From contig CBDUQW010000006.1 in NCBI GenBank assembly GCA_965369625.1, forward strand, positions 4,064 to 68,063: a stretch of 64,000 nucleotides of DNA. Direction: 5' to 3'. The DNA comes from an uncultured Thermoplasmata archaeon (GTDB lineage Archaea > Thermoplasmatota > DTKX01 > GCA-020343715). Positions 8,110 through 16,874 of the stretch are shown here, piece by piece. The notes beneath the pieces are model-generated. The model was not told the DNA's origin and ran no database searches. It saw nothing but the letters and a program-made list of their open reading frames with translations. How positions within the stretch are numbered: the first letter of the stretch is position 1; each line of letters opens with the position of its first letter. Position numbers and translations under genes: made by a program.

Positions 8110-9441
8110 TCACTCCCAGTCCACGACCCACTCTTCCTCTTCCTCCTGAGCGGGAGGCTTCTTCTTGGGTGGCTGGACCGGCGGCTGTTGGTACACCGGC
8201 TGCTGCTGAGGTGGCTGAACAGGCGGTTGAGGTTGAGCGGGGGGTTGGGGCTGAGCCGGAGGCGGCGGCTGGAGGGCCGGCTGTGGTTGAGGGGCAGGCT
8301 GGGGAGGGGGTTGTTGCTGCTGGTATGCCGGGGCAGGCGGCTGGGGTTGCAGGGGTTGCTGGGGAGGCTGGTACTGCTGGGGCACTGGCAGTGCCGGTGG
8401 GGCCGTCGGTGATAGTTGGGGGGTCGGCTGGGGTGGCGGCGGTGGGGGCGCCGCCGGCTGGCTGAGGGTGGTCGATGGCGCGGGAGGTTGCGGGACCTCC
8501 GCGGGCAGCTCCTCCACGAGTGCGGGGGGCGCCGCCGCGGGTGGCGGTGGTGGCGGGGCCTGGGCCCCCTGGGGTGGGGCCGGGGGTGGTGGAGGTGCCA
8601 TGGCGGCGGGAGGTGATACCGGTGGAGCGGCTTGAACTGGTGGCGGGGCCTGGACCGGCGGCGCTGCCTGGACCGGCGGTGGGGCCGGGGGCGGAGGGGC
8701 GGCGCTGTCCGGCAGGTCCTCGATCAGCGGCATCGCCGGCGTCGGAGGCGCAGGCGTCCCCGGTGCGGGCAGGGGGACATGTTCGGGCGCGACCTCGGCG
8801 GGTGCAGGGGCCCCGGAGTCGACCCCCATGACCTCCCACTCCTTGGCGGCCACCACGGGTTGGGGGGTACCGGGGATGCCGTTGTCCGCGATCAGGAGGT
8901 CCGCCCGGGCCTGTGCAGTGGTGGGCGCGGGGGCCTGTTCCATCTCGACGGTGGGGGCCCTGGCCTCGGGCTCTGGTCCCGCCATGCTCTCCAGGCTCTC
9001 CAGGTCAGGGGTGGCCCTCGGGGGCGCGTGGGGGCGCTCGATCTCCACATCGGTGAGGAGGTTGCGCATCCTGTCGCCCACCGTCAGGGTCCGGAACTCG
9101 TTGAACAGGAAGCCACCGATGATGAGCGGGACGAAGGTGGCCGCGCCCACGATGGGACCCTTGAAGTCGGTGGTGTAGGCGAAGACCCAGAGGAGGCCGA
9201 TGAAGGCCAGCATGAGCACGACGATGCCCAGGATCCCGCCCCTGCGGCGGTAGGTGATGCGCAGGTAGGCCGAGTCCATGTTCCTGTCCAGGAGCCACTC
9301 GGCGTGCTGGTGGTCGACCCTGTTGCAGATGCGCCCCACCCTGCTCTTGACCTTCACCTTCATGGGATGGAGGCCGAGGGAGCCCTGGCATATCATGCAC
9401 TTCGTCGGGTCAATCTTAACCCTCTTCTTGGCCGTGGGCAT
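8110..9441 (-). CDS. Membrane protein with an N-terminal Cys-rich (zinc-ribbon-like) region and a roughly 300-aa Pro/Gln/Ala-rich low-complexity C-terminal region
   Basis: CMICQG...ICNRVDHQH lies near the N-terminus and is followed by two hydrophobic helices. Then come long PPxQ/PAPQ repeats, ending in EEEEEWVVDWE. Confidence 0.55.
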   Translation of the reverse strand: MPTAKKRVKIDPTKCMICQGSLGLHPMKVKVKSRVGRICNRVDHQHAEWLLDRNMDSAYLRITYRRRGGILGIVVLMLAFIGLLWVFAYTTDFKGPIVGAATFVPLIIGGFLFNEFRTLTVGDRMRNLLTDVEIERPHAPPRATPDLESLESMAGPEPEARAPTVEMEQAPAPTTAQARADLLIADNGIPGTPQPVVAAKEWEVMGVDSGAPAPAEVAPEHVPLPAPGTPAPPTPAMPLIEDLPDSAAPPPPAPPPVQAAPPVQAPPPVQAAPPVSPPAAMAPPPPPAPPQGAQAPPPPPPAAAPPALVEELPAEVPQPPAPSTTLSQPAAPPPPPPQPTPQLSPTAPPALPVPQQYQPPQQPLQPQPPAPAYQQQQPPPQPAPQPQPALQPPPPAQPQPPAQPQPPVQPPQQQPVYQQPPVQPPKKKPPAQEEEEEWVVDWE

Positions 9442-9597
9442 ACCCCCAGAGGTATGGTCTGGATTACTGAGGGCCGCCTATATAATGCTTCGGACCTTGT
9501 TTACCCTGGCCACAGGGACCGCAGGGCCCTGCCATCGAGGGCGAACGGGGGACTGGCCCCCGGATGCGATGGGTTCGGCATGCGCCGTTGAGCGGCT

Positions 9598-9620
9598 TCG
9601 AACATTTTTTATAGGGGGCG
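9598..9620 (+). promoter_or_regulatory. BRE/TATA promoter (CGAACATTTTTTATAGG) of the HMG-CoA reductase gene
   Basis: A purine-rich BRE plus a T-rich TATA sit about 55-75 nt upstream of the GTG start at 9673. The same motif class recurs at other genes in the window. Confidence 0.5.
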
Positions 9621-9672
9621 TGTATTCCCAACGACACTTACGATACCTGGATAGGTTCCGGGAGGCGATTTC

Positions 9673-10953
9673 GTGGAGAGGAGTTCTGATATCAGCGGTT
9701 TTTACAAGCTGCCCGTCGCAGAGCGGGTCGCTAAGATCCGAGAACTGGTGGACCTCACCGACGAGGAGGTCGAGGCGATAAGCAACACCGGTGTCCTGGG
9801 CGAGGACCTGACGGACAGGATGATAGAGAACGTGGTCGGGACGATGGCGATCCCCCTGGGCATCGCCATGAACTTCAGGATAAACGACAAGGACTACCTG
9901 GTCCCGATGGCCATCGAGGAGCCCTCGGTGGTGGCCGCCGCATCCAACCTGGCAAAGGTCGCCAGGAAGATGGGTGGCTTCCACACCAGCCACTCCGGCT
10001 CCCTGATGATCGGGCAGATCCAGCTCACCGGCGTCACCGACCCCTGGGGCACCCGGTCGAAGATCCTCCAGCACAAGGAGGAGATCATGGCCAAGGCGGA
10101 CGCCTGCGACCCCATCCTGATCAAGTTCGGTGGCGGCGCCCGCGACGTGGTGGTCCGGGTCCTCGAGACCATGTCGGGACCCATGGTCATCACCCACCTC
10201 ATCATCGACACCAAGGACGCGATGGGCGCCAACGCCGTCAACACCATGGCCGAGGCCGTGGCTCCGTACCTGGAGACCATAACCGGTGGGCGCGTCTACC
10301 TGCGCATCATCTCCAACCTGGCCACCTACAGGGTGGCCCGCTCGTGGGCCATCTTCGACAAGGACGAGCTGGGTGGCGAGGAGGTCGTGGACGGCATGAT
10401 CAAGGCCTACCACTTCGCCGCCGAGGACCCCTACCGGTGTGCGACCCACAACAAGGGCATCATGAACGGCATCTCGGCCGTGGTCGTCGCCACCGGCAAC
10501 GACTTCCGCGCCGTCGAGGCCGGTGCCCATTCCTACGCCACCGTCAACGGCGGCTACAAGCCCCTTACCAAGTGGGAGAAGACCGCCGAGGGCCACCTCA
10601 TCGGCACCATCGAGGTGCCCATGGCCGTGGGACTCGTCGGTGGCGCCACCAAGGTCCACCCCACCGCCCGGGCCAACGTGAAGATCCTGGGCATCGAGTC
10701 GGCCGACGAGCTGGGCATGGTGATGGCCACCGTGGGCCTGGCCCAGAACGCGGGCGCCCTGCGCGCCCTGGCCACCGAGGGCATCCAGAAGGGGCACATG
10801 CGCCTGCATGCCCGCAACATGGCGGTCCAGGCCGGCGCGCCCATCGAGATCGTCGACGAGGTCGTCCGGCGGCTCACGGAGATGAAGAAGTTCGACTTCG
10901 GCACCACCGAGGAAGTCGTCAAGCAGGTCAAGGCGGAGCGCGGCCTCGAGTAG
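9673..10953 (+). CDS. hmgA: 3-hydroxy-3-methylglutaryl-CoA reductase, class II (bacterial-like)
   Basis: 426 aa and collinear with class II HMGR. Motifs ENVVG, DAMGAN, GTIEVPMAVGLVGG and ALATEGIQKGHM are present. GTG start with GGGAGG 6 nt upstream. Confidence 0.9.
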   Translation: MERSSDISGFYKLPVAERVAKIRELVDLTDEEVEAISNTGVLGEDLTDRMIENVVGTMAIPLGIAMNFRINDKDYLVPMAIEEPSVVAAASNLAKVARKMGGFHTSHSGSLMIGQIQLTGVTDPWGTRSKILQHKEEIMAKADACDPILIKFGGGARDVVVRVLETMSGPMVITHLIIDTKDAMGANAVNTMAEAVAPYLETITGGRVYLRIISNLATYRVARSWAIFDKDELGGEEVVDGMIKAYHFAAEDPYRCATHNKGIMNGISAVVVATGNDFRAVEAGAHSYATVNGGYKPLTKWEKTAEGHLIGTIEVPMAVGLVGGATKVHPTARANVKILGIESADELGMVMATVGLAQNAGALRALATEGIQKGHMRLHARNMAVQAGAPIEIVDEVVRRLTEMKKFDFGTTEEVVKQVKAERGLE

Positions 10954-10964
10954 GCCCTTCCGTC

Positions 10965-10997
10965 ACGTAACCCTCCGGGGTTACGTCAAAACATTTT
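10965..10997 (+). terminator. Stem-loop (ACGTAACCC-TCCG-GGGTTACGT) followed by a T-run
   Basis: A perfect 9-bp inverted repeat lies 12 nt after the hmgA stop and is followed by CAAAACATTTTT. This T-rich stretch doubles as the TATA-like element for the next gene. Confidence 0.5.
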
Positions 10998-11034
10998 TCC
11001 CCTAAGTCGTCCCTAGCGCAGGCGAGGGACGAAA

Positions 11035-11511
11035 ATGGTTCGGATGCTTGTCTGTTACTATTCCAGGTCGGGACACACCAAGAGCATGGCGGAGGCGATC
11101 GGCGAGGCCGCCAAGGAGGCGGGGGCCCACGTGGACCTTCGCAACGTGGAGCAGGTGGATGTCAAGGACCTCCCGGACTACGACTGCATCGTCGCCGGCT
11201 CCCCCACCTACTACGGTCAGATGGCCGCGCCCCTCAAGGAGTTCTTCGACAAGTCGGTGAAGGTGCACGGGAAGCTGAACGGGCGCCTGGGTGGTGGCTT
11301 CGCCTCCTCCGGCCTGCGTGCCGGGGGGAACGAGACCACCGTGATGAGCATCCTGATGGCCTGGTTGATCCACGGCATGCTGGTGTCCGGCACCTCCGGC
11401 GCGGACCACTACGGCCCCGTGTCCATCGGGAAGCCCGACGAGGCGGCGCTGAAGAGCTGCGCCGAGTACGGAAGGCGGTTGACCGAGCAGACCGAGCTGC
11501 TGAGGGGTTGA
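11035..11511 (+). CDS. Flavodoxin-like / NAD(P)H-dependent FMN reductase family protein
   Basis: N-terminus MLVCYYSRSGHTKSMAE is a flavodoxin-like FMN-binding loop; SPTYYG is also present. GAGGGA ribosome-binding site. Confidence 0.7.
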   Translation: MVRMLVCYYSRSGHTKSMAEAIGEAAKEAGAHVDLRNVEQVDVKDLPDYDCIVAGSPTYYGQMAAPLKEFFDKSVKVHGKLNGRLGGGFASSGLRAGGNETTVMSILMAWLIHGMLVSGTSGADHYGPVSIGKPDEAALKSCAEYGRRLTEQTELLRG

Positions 11512-11583
11512 CGGGAAGCGACGGTCCACCTTGGCATCCCATGTCGCAACGCTCTTATAGCGGCCCCGCGCATCGAAGCCAGC

Positions 11584-14500
11584 ATGCCCAGCGGGACCAT
11601 TGGCCGTCGCAGAGGCAAGGTCGCGAGCCGAAGGGCCGTCCCTGCCGCCGTGGCGCTGTTGCTGGTCCTCGCGGGCCTTCCCCTCCTTCCGGGCATGGCA
11701 CCCATGGCCTCGGCCCAGGAGGAGGGGCTGGCGAACGTCATGGTCAACCCGGGCTTCGAGCGTGCCTTCGACGAGCCCTCGCAGGGCCCCCGACCGTTCT
11801 ACTGGCACCCCTCGCCCATGTGGCCCGCCTCGGGCACGGAGATGAGGCAGGACGGCGATCACCATCACAACGGCTCGAACTCGGTCAAGGTCCACATGGA
11901 GGATGTGAGCGACGACCAGGAGGCCTACTGGTACCAGAGCCAGTACGTCGGCGGCGGCGTCATCGCCCCCTTCGGTGGGTGGGTGAGGACGGACCTCGAG
12001 GAGGGCTCCACGGTCATCCTGCGCGTGATCGTCCGGGACGAGAACCGCTCGGTCCTTGACACCAGGGAGGTGTTCCTCGACGGAGACTGGCCTGTCTGGA
12101 GGGAGCTCCGGGGCGAGCCCTTCCTCCTGGACGACGAGACCAACCGGGTCCAGATGGAGTGCGTCCTCCTGGGACCCGGGACGGTGTGGTTCGACGATGT
12201 GTACGTCGGCATCCCCACGGACATGAACAACCCCCCCTTCGTCGTGTCCGTGCCCCAGCTGGACGCCGCCGTCGGCGTGGAGTACACCTACCGGGCGCGC
12301 GGCGTCGACCTGGAGGGCGACGTGGTGTCCTTCGGGTTGCAGAGGGGGCCGGATGGGATGAACGTGTCCGAGAGGGGTCTGGTATCCTGGGTGCCCGAGA
12401 CCCTGCCCGAGGCGGCCGTCAAGGTCGTGCTCAAGGCCATCGACGACGCCGGCGGTGTGTCCTACCAGGACTTCTTCATCCAGGTGCACGAGACGCCCGT
12501 CCAGCGCCCCGTCCACGTGTACCTGTACAGCACCTACGACGACCCGTTCAACGACGACCTGTCCGGTGAGAGGTACGACCGGCTGCTGCCCGTCCTCGAG
12601 AACCTGTGGCGGAACAACCCCGACCTCCATCCCTCGGTGACGGTCCTCCTCAACGGCGCGGACGTGACCGACCCGACCATCGGGCGCCTCGGTGCCATCC
12701 AGAGCATCGAGGAGGGGTCCGAGGCCGGTTGGCTGGAGGTTGGTTACACCGCCTTCCACGAGCCCACCTACGATACCAACCCCATCTACGACCCTGCATA
12801 CGACGGCTGGGACTGGACCGAGAGGGTCACGGCGGTCCAGGCCCTCCTCTCCCAGCCCCGGGACCCCCTGACCGGGGAGGAGCTGGCAATAGGGCATGGG
12901 GGCATCCAGGCCGTCATGGCGGCGATGGGGAACGTGTCCGTCGTGGCCGGCGCGGGCACCGACGGCGCGCAGCTGCACGCCCTGTCCCGCTTCGACGCCT
13001 CGTCCCTCCACCTGGGCATCGATGACGGCCCCTCCAAGATCGGCACGATAGTGGGTGACCCCTCAGCGGGTACGGTCGCCTCGATGCTGTCCGAGGACGC
13101 CGCGGTGCCCTACGGCCTCTACTGGCAGGGCGGTCGGTTGCACCTGGCGACGGCGGAGACGGGCCCGGACGGTCTGGTCGCCAGGGATGGTCCGGGTGCC
13201 CTCGGGGGGTCCTGGGATGGGCTCGACCCGCGACGCGTCAACGTGGTGCCCATCCTGCTGATGGACACGTCCACCTACTTCAACGCGTCCAAGGTGGTGT
13301 CATGGGACCCGGTCGGGTCCCCCACCGAATGGGCCTTCTCCCACACCGACGACCCTGGCCTGCCCGCCGAGGCCACCTACACGGAGGCCGAGCGTGACAT
13401 GATGTACGACGCCACCTGCGCCACCCTTGCGTGGCTGGCCAGGGAGGCGTTGCCCGCCACGGGTGGGCGCTTCGTCTCGAACACCGACCTGGCCGACATG
13501 GTGGACCCGGGTTCCGGCATCTCCGTGAGCCAGGCGGAGATCGCCGACGCCGCCAACGACCTCCTCGCCAGATGGACCCTCCTCAAGTACCCCAACTGGG
13601 TGGGGATATCCTGGGGCTACTGCCGGGGGGAGATCCAGTACTTCTCCCTCGCGGACATGTACGGCCTCCTCGCCCAGGCCCTGGCGGCCTACGATGAACG
13701 GGGGAGCCTGCCCTCCTCGGTGGGGCTTGTCACCGTCAACGGCCCCCGGGAGGACGCGACCCCCTCCCAACCCTGGAACCGGCTCCGCCTCGGGTCGGTG
13801 GTGGACGAGGCCGTGAGGCAGGTGGACGCCCTGACCGACGACGCCTGGCGGGTCGACCCCCGGAGCAAGGTGCCTTCCTCCAGCGCGCCGGGGGGCGTGG
13901 ACGTCAACGCGATGGAGTTCCTCCTGCTGATGGCCGAGGCCTACATGGTCCTGTACGAGGGCACCGCCACGGGCGACCCCCTCCTCACCCTCTACCCGTG
14001 CCACCAGTGGCCGGTCACCCAGCTGGCCCTTGACCTGGAGGGGAGGGTGACCGACGCGGGGGACTCGTGGGCGCTCAAGCCCGCCTCCTCCAACCTCAAG
14101 CAGGACACCGTCCCGCCCACGGTGAGGTACGTCACCCCGGCCCCGGGGTCCGAGGACGTGCCCCTGAACTCGAACATCACCGTCACCTTCTCCGAGCGGA
14201 TGGACGAGACCCTGTCCCTGGCGGACGCCGTCGAGGTGCTGCCTCCCGTCGGTGGGGAGGTCGCCTGGAGGTACCACAGGCTCGTGCTCGACCCGGGTGG
14301 CGACCTTCGGGACAACACGACGTACACCGTCACGGTGAAGCGTGGCCTCCGTGACGCCGCGGGCAACCCCCTGGCGGCGGAGGTCACATGGACCTTCGAG
14401 ACGGTGGGATTGGAGAACGGGCTGCCGTCGCTGCTACCCTGGCCCGAGGGTCGCTACGTGGAGGTGCTGGAGAACCAGACCGTCCGCCTGGGCGTCCTGG

Positions 14501-15402
14501 CAGAGGACGACGGCCCTCCGCCCCTGCGGTACTCTTGGCGCCTCGACGGGCTGCTGGTCGGGGGAGCAATAGGCGACAACTTCGTCTTCACGCCCACGTA
14601 CACGGACGCGGGGGAGCACATCGTGACCGTGGTGGTCAGCGACGCGGCGGAGCCCCCCGGGACCTCCTCCTTCACCTGGAACGTGACGGTGGTCAACGTC
14701 AACATACCCCCGTTGCTGCTGGGAACCGAGCCCTTCGCCGGGAGGGTGGACCTGCTCGAGAGTGAGGGGGTCGCCAGGTTCTATGTGGTCGCAGAGGACC
14801 CTGACGAGGGACTGCTGACCTTCCGGTGGTACCTGGATTCTCAGCCCGTCCCCGGGGAGCCCCACTCCGAGGGGGGCTCGGTCTACGACCTTCCCCTCAG
14901 CTTCGAGTCCGCTGGGGAGCACGAGCTCACATGCAGCATCGAGGACAGCGCCGGTGAGGGATTCCAGGTGGAATGGAGGGTCTTCGTGGAGGACGTCAAC
15001 CGCCATCCCATCATCCTGGCCATCTCGCCCGACCCTCCGCCCACGGTCCACATCGGGGAGAGCGTGCTCATCGAGGTGAACGCCTCCGACCCCGACGGCG
15101 ACGACCTGCTGTACAGCTGGTACCTGGACGGCATCCCCGTGGCGGCCACCGAGGTGGGGCAGTGGACCTTCGTGCCTCAAACGGAGGGCAGCTTCACCAT
15201 CGGTGTGCTGGTGGAGGACGGGCGGGAGGGGACGGTCTCGACCCAGACCGCGGTCAACGTGCTGCCCGAGGCGGCGGTGTCCCCGGACCCGGAGCCCTCG
15301 TACTGGCCCTGGATCGTCCTCCTCATCGCGATGGCGCTCATCATCCTGGTGCTGGTCTGGCCCCATCTACGTTGGCTCAGGGAGGGTGGGAACGAGCTGT
15401 GA
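11584..15402 (+). CDS. Large secreted cell-surface protein (signal peptide, Ig-like/PKD-like repeats, C-terminal transmembrane anchor)
   Basis: 1272 aa. Signal peptide AVALLLVLAGLPLLPGMAPMASA. A bacterial-Ig-like module follows (PPTVRYVTPAPGSEDVPLNSNITVTFSERMD), then repeated PKD-like units, then the transmembrane segment WPWIVLLIAMALIILVLVW. Confidence 0.7.
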   Translation: MPSGTIGRRRGKVASRRAVPAAVALLLVLAGLPLLPGMAPMASAQEEGLANVMVNPGFERAFDEPSQGPRPFYWHPSPMWPASGTEMRQDGDHHHNGSNSVKVHMEDVSDDQEAYWYQSQYVGGGVIAPFGGWVRTDLEEGSTVILRVIVRDENRSVLDTREVFLDGDWPVWRELRGEPFLLDDETNRVQMECVLLGPGTVWFDDVYVGIPTDMNNPPFVVSVPQLDAAVGVEYTYRARGVDLEGDVVSFGLQRGPDGMNVSERGLVSWVPETLPEAAVKVVLKAIDDAGGVSYQDFFIQVHETPVQRPVHVYLYSTYDDPFNDDLSGERYDRLLPVLENLWRNNPDLHPSVTVLLNGADVTDPTIGRLGAIQSIEEGSEAGWLEVGYTAFHEPTYDTNPIYDPAYDGWDWTERVTAVQALLSQPRDPLTGEELAIGHGGIQAVMAAMGNVSVVAGAGTDGAQLHALSRFDASSLHLGIDDGPSKIGTIVGDPSAGTVASMLSEDAAVPYGLYWQGGRLHLATAETGPDGLVARDGPGALGGSWDGLDPRRVNVVPILLMDTSTYFNASKVVSWDPVGSPTEWAFSHTDDPGLPAEATYTEAERDMMYDATCATLAWLAREALPATGGRFVSNTDLADMVDPGSGISVSQAEIADAANDLLARWTLLKYPNWVGISWGYCRGEIQYFSLADMYGLLAQALAAYDERGSLPSSVGLVTVNGPREDATPSQPWNRLRLGSVVDEAVRQVDALTDDAWRVDPRSKVPSSSAPGGVDVNAMEFLLLMAEAYMVLYEGTATGDPLLTLYPCHQWPVTQLALDLEGRVTDAGDSWALKPASSNLKQDTVPPTVRYVTPAPGSEDVPLNSNITVTFSERMDETLSLADAVEVLPPVGGEVAWRYHRLVLDPGGDLRDNTTYTVTVKRGLRDAAGNPLAAEVTWTFETVGLENGLPSLLPWPEGRYVEVLENQTVRLGVLAEDDGPPPLRYSWRLDGLLVGGAIGDNFVFTPTYTDAGEHIVTVVVSDAAEPPGTSSFTWNVTVVNVNIPPLLLGTEPFAGRVDLLESEGVARFYVVAEDPDEGLLTFRWYLDSQPVPGEPHSEGGSVYDLPLSFESAGEHELTCSIEDSAGEGFQVEWRVFVEDVNRHPIILAISPDPPPTVHIGESVLIEVNASDPDGDDLLYSWYLDGIPVAATEVGQWTFVPQTEGSFTIGVLVEDGREGTVSTQTAVNVLPEAAVSPDPEPSYWPWIVLLIAMALIILVLVWPHLRWLREGGNEL

Positions 15403-15508
15403 TGTGGGTCCCCGGGTCCATGCCAGGCCCGCACGAAAGGTATAATTCCCATTGTGTTCATCTGAATCGAGTGTCGGGGGATCGCCCTCCCTCGGTATAA
15501 TAAGGTAG

Positions 15509-16408
15509 ATGTCGCCTGGAGGAAGCCTGATGTCCATGGATAGGAGGGTATTGATCGTCCTTGGTGCCATCATCATTCTGGTCCCGGTAGCCAGTGGATG
15601 CTCCCCTTTCGAGCCCAAGGACGAGGTGGTGGACATGGACGGCATCATCGGTGACGACTGGCCTGTAATAATGGCGGAGGACGAGACGCCTCCTTTCGTC
15701 CCAACGATGCTGGACCTGGCCGTGGACCAGGGGACCTCCGTCACGCTGGACGGCTCCGGGGCCACGGACGATGAGGGCATCGAATCGTACGTTTGGACAT
15801 TCAAGTACGATTACGAAGAGGTAACATTGGAGGGGATGGTCCAGCATCACACCTTCGATATCCCTGACGTGTACGAGATACGGCTCGACGTGACGGACGA
15901 GGCTGGCAACAGCGCCTTCTCGACCTTCGACCTGACCGTCCGCGACACCGAGGTTCCCGTCGCCGTCCTCGACACCGGGAACACGGAGATCTGGGCGGGA
16001 GAGACCGCTGGCTGGGGAGCCCACCTCTCGACGGACAACGTCGGTGTCGTCAAGTACACCTGGACCTTCGAGTACGAAGGCAAGATGGTCAGCCTCGATG
16101 GTCCCGCCCCGACCTTCGTGTTCGAGAAGACGGGGGATTACGAGGTGACCCTCACCGTGGAGGACGCGGCGGGCAACACCGATTCGGAGACCTACGCCCT
16201 CACGGTCCAAGGTAATGCATGGCATTGGCTCCAGTTCGCCATCATCATAGGGGCCGTCGCCCTGGTCACGATATTCGTCATGCGCAGGCTCGGCTACGGG
16301 AAAGATGCCGGGGGAGAAGGGTCGGAAGAGGTAGTGGAGGGACCGGTAGGGGAGGAGCCGGAAGAGGAGGATGGGTCGGAAAAAGACGAGGAGGGGCCGG
16401 ACCCCTAG
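15509..16408 (+). CDS. PKD-domain membrane-anchored surface protein
   Basis: N-terminal signal/anchor followed by VASGCS. Two PKD-like repeats are present (TFKYDYEEV...; YTWTFEYEGKMV...). A C-terminal transmembrane helix is followed by an acidic tail (EEPEEEDGSEKDEE). Confidence 0.65.
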   Translation: MSPGGSLMSMDRRVLIVLGAIIILVPVASGCSPFEPKDEVVDMDGIIGDDWPVIMAEDETPPFVPTMLDLAVDQGTSVTLDGSGATDDEGIESYVWTFKYDYEEVTLEGMVQHHTFDIPDVYEIRLDVTDEAGNSAFSTFDLTVRDTEVPVAVLDTGNTEIWAGETAGWGAHLSTDNVGVVKYTWTFEYEGKMVSLDGPAPTFVFEKTGDYEVTLTVEDAAGNTDSETYALTVQGNAWHWLQFAIIIGAVALVTIFVMRRLGYGKDAGGEGSEEVVEGPVGEEPEEEDGSEKDEEGPDP

Positions 16409-16412
16409 GGGT

Positions 16413-16874
16413 TCACTCCAGCCGCTCGACGGACACGTCCTGCTCCCGGCTGCAGTAGACACACTTGAGGACCATGGGCTCCTTCCGGATGACCTTGAAC
16501 CGGGTGGAGACGGGCTCGTTGGAGTTGGTGATGCAGTTGGGGTTCTCGCAGCTGGCCAGGTCCACAACCTCCCGGGGAGGGCGCACGTGGTGCTTCTCGG
16601 CCACCTCGCCGTCCCGGATGATGTTGATGGTGGCGTGGGGCGACAGCAGCGCGATGCGGTTGAGCTCCCGCTTCTTGAGCTCCCGGTCCTCGATCTTGAC
16701 GATGTCCTTGTGCTCGTGGGCCCTGCTGGGCACGTGCATGATGACCGAGACGGTGGAGGTGGGCGGGTCCTCGTCCAGGCCCAGGATGTGGAGCACCTTC
16801 AGGGCCATGCCGGCCGTGATGTGGTCGATCACCGTCCCGTTCTGGATGGCACTGATCTTCAGCTCCTTCCTCAC
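16413..16874 (-). CDS. pyrI: Aspartate carbamoyltransferase regulatory subunit
   Basis: KISAIQNGTVIDHI is the PyrI signature. The C-terminal zinc domain shows CENPNC...CVYC. Confidence 0.9.
   Translation of the reverse strand: MRKELKISAIQNGTVIDHITAGMALKVLHILGLDEDPPTSTVSVIMHVPSRAHEHKDIVKIEDRELKKRELNRIALLSPHATINIIRDGEVAEKHHVRPPREVVDLASCENPNCITNSNEPVSTRFKVIRKEPMVLKCVYCSREQDVSVERLE

Noticed and set aside
11002-13011. 669-aa minus-strand ORF (11002..13011) and other long antisense ORFs inside the surface-protein genes (19466..21697 +, 22193..24676 +, 35856..39230 +, 41459..43366 +, 43638..46052 +, 48308..50854 +, 13300..14277 -, 14434..15366 -)
   Set aside because: Each is antisense to a gene with a signal peptide, domain repeats and a transmembrane anchor. 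Their products are low-complexity Gly/Val/His/Arg/Asp strings without domain signatures.
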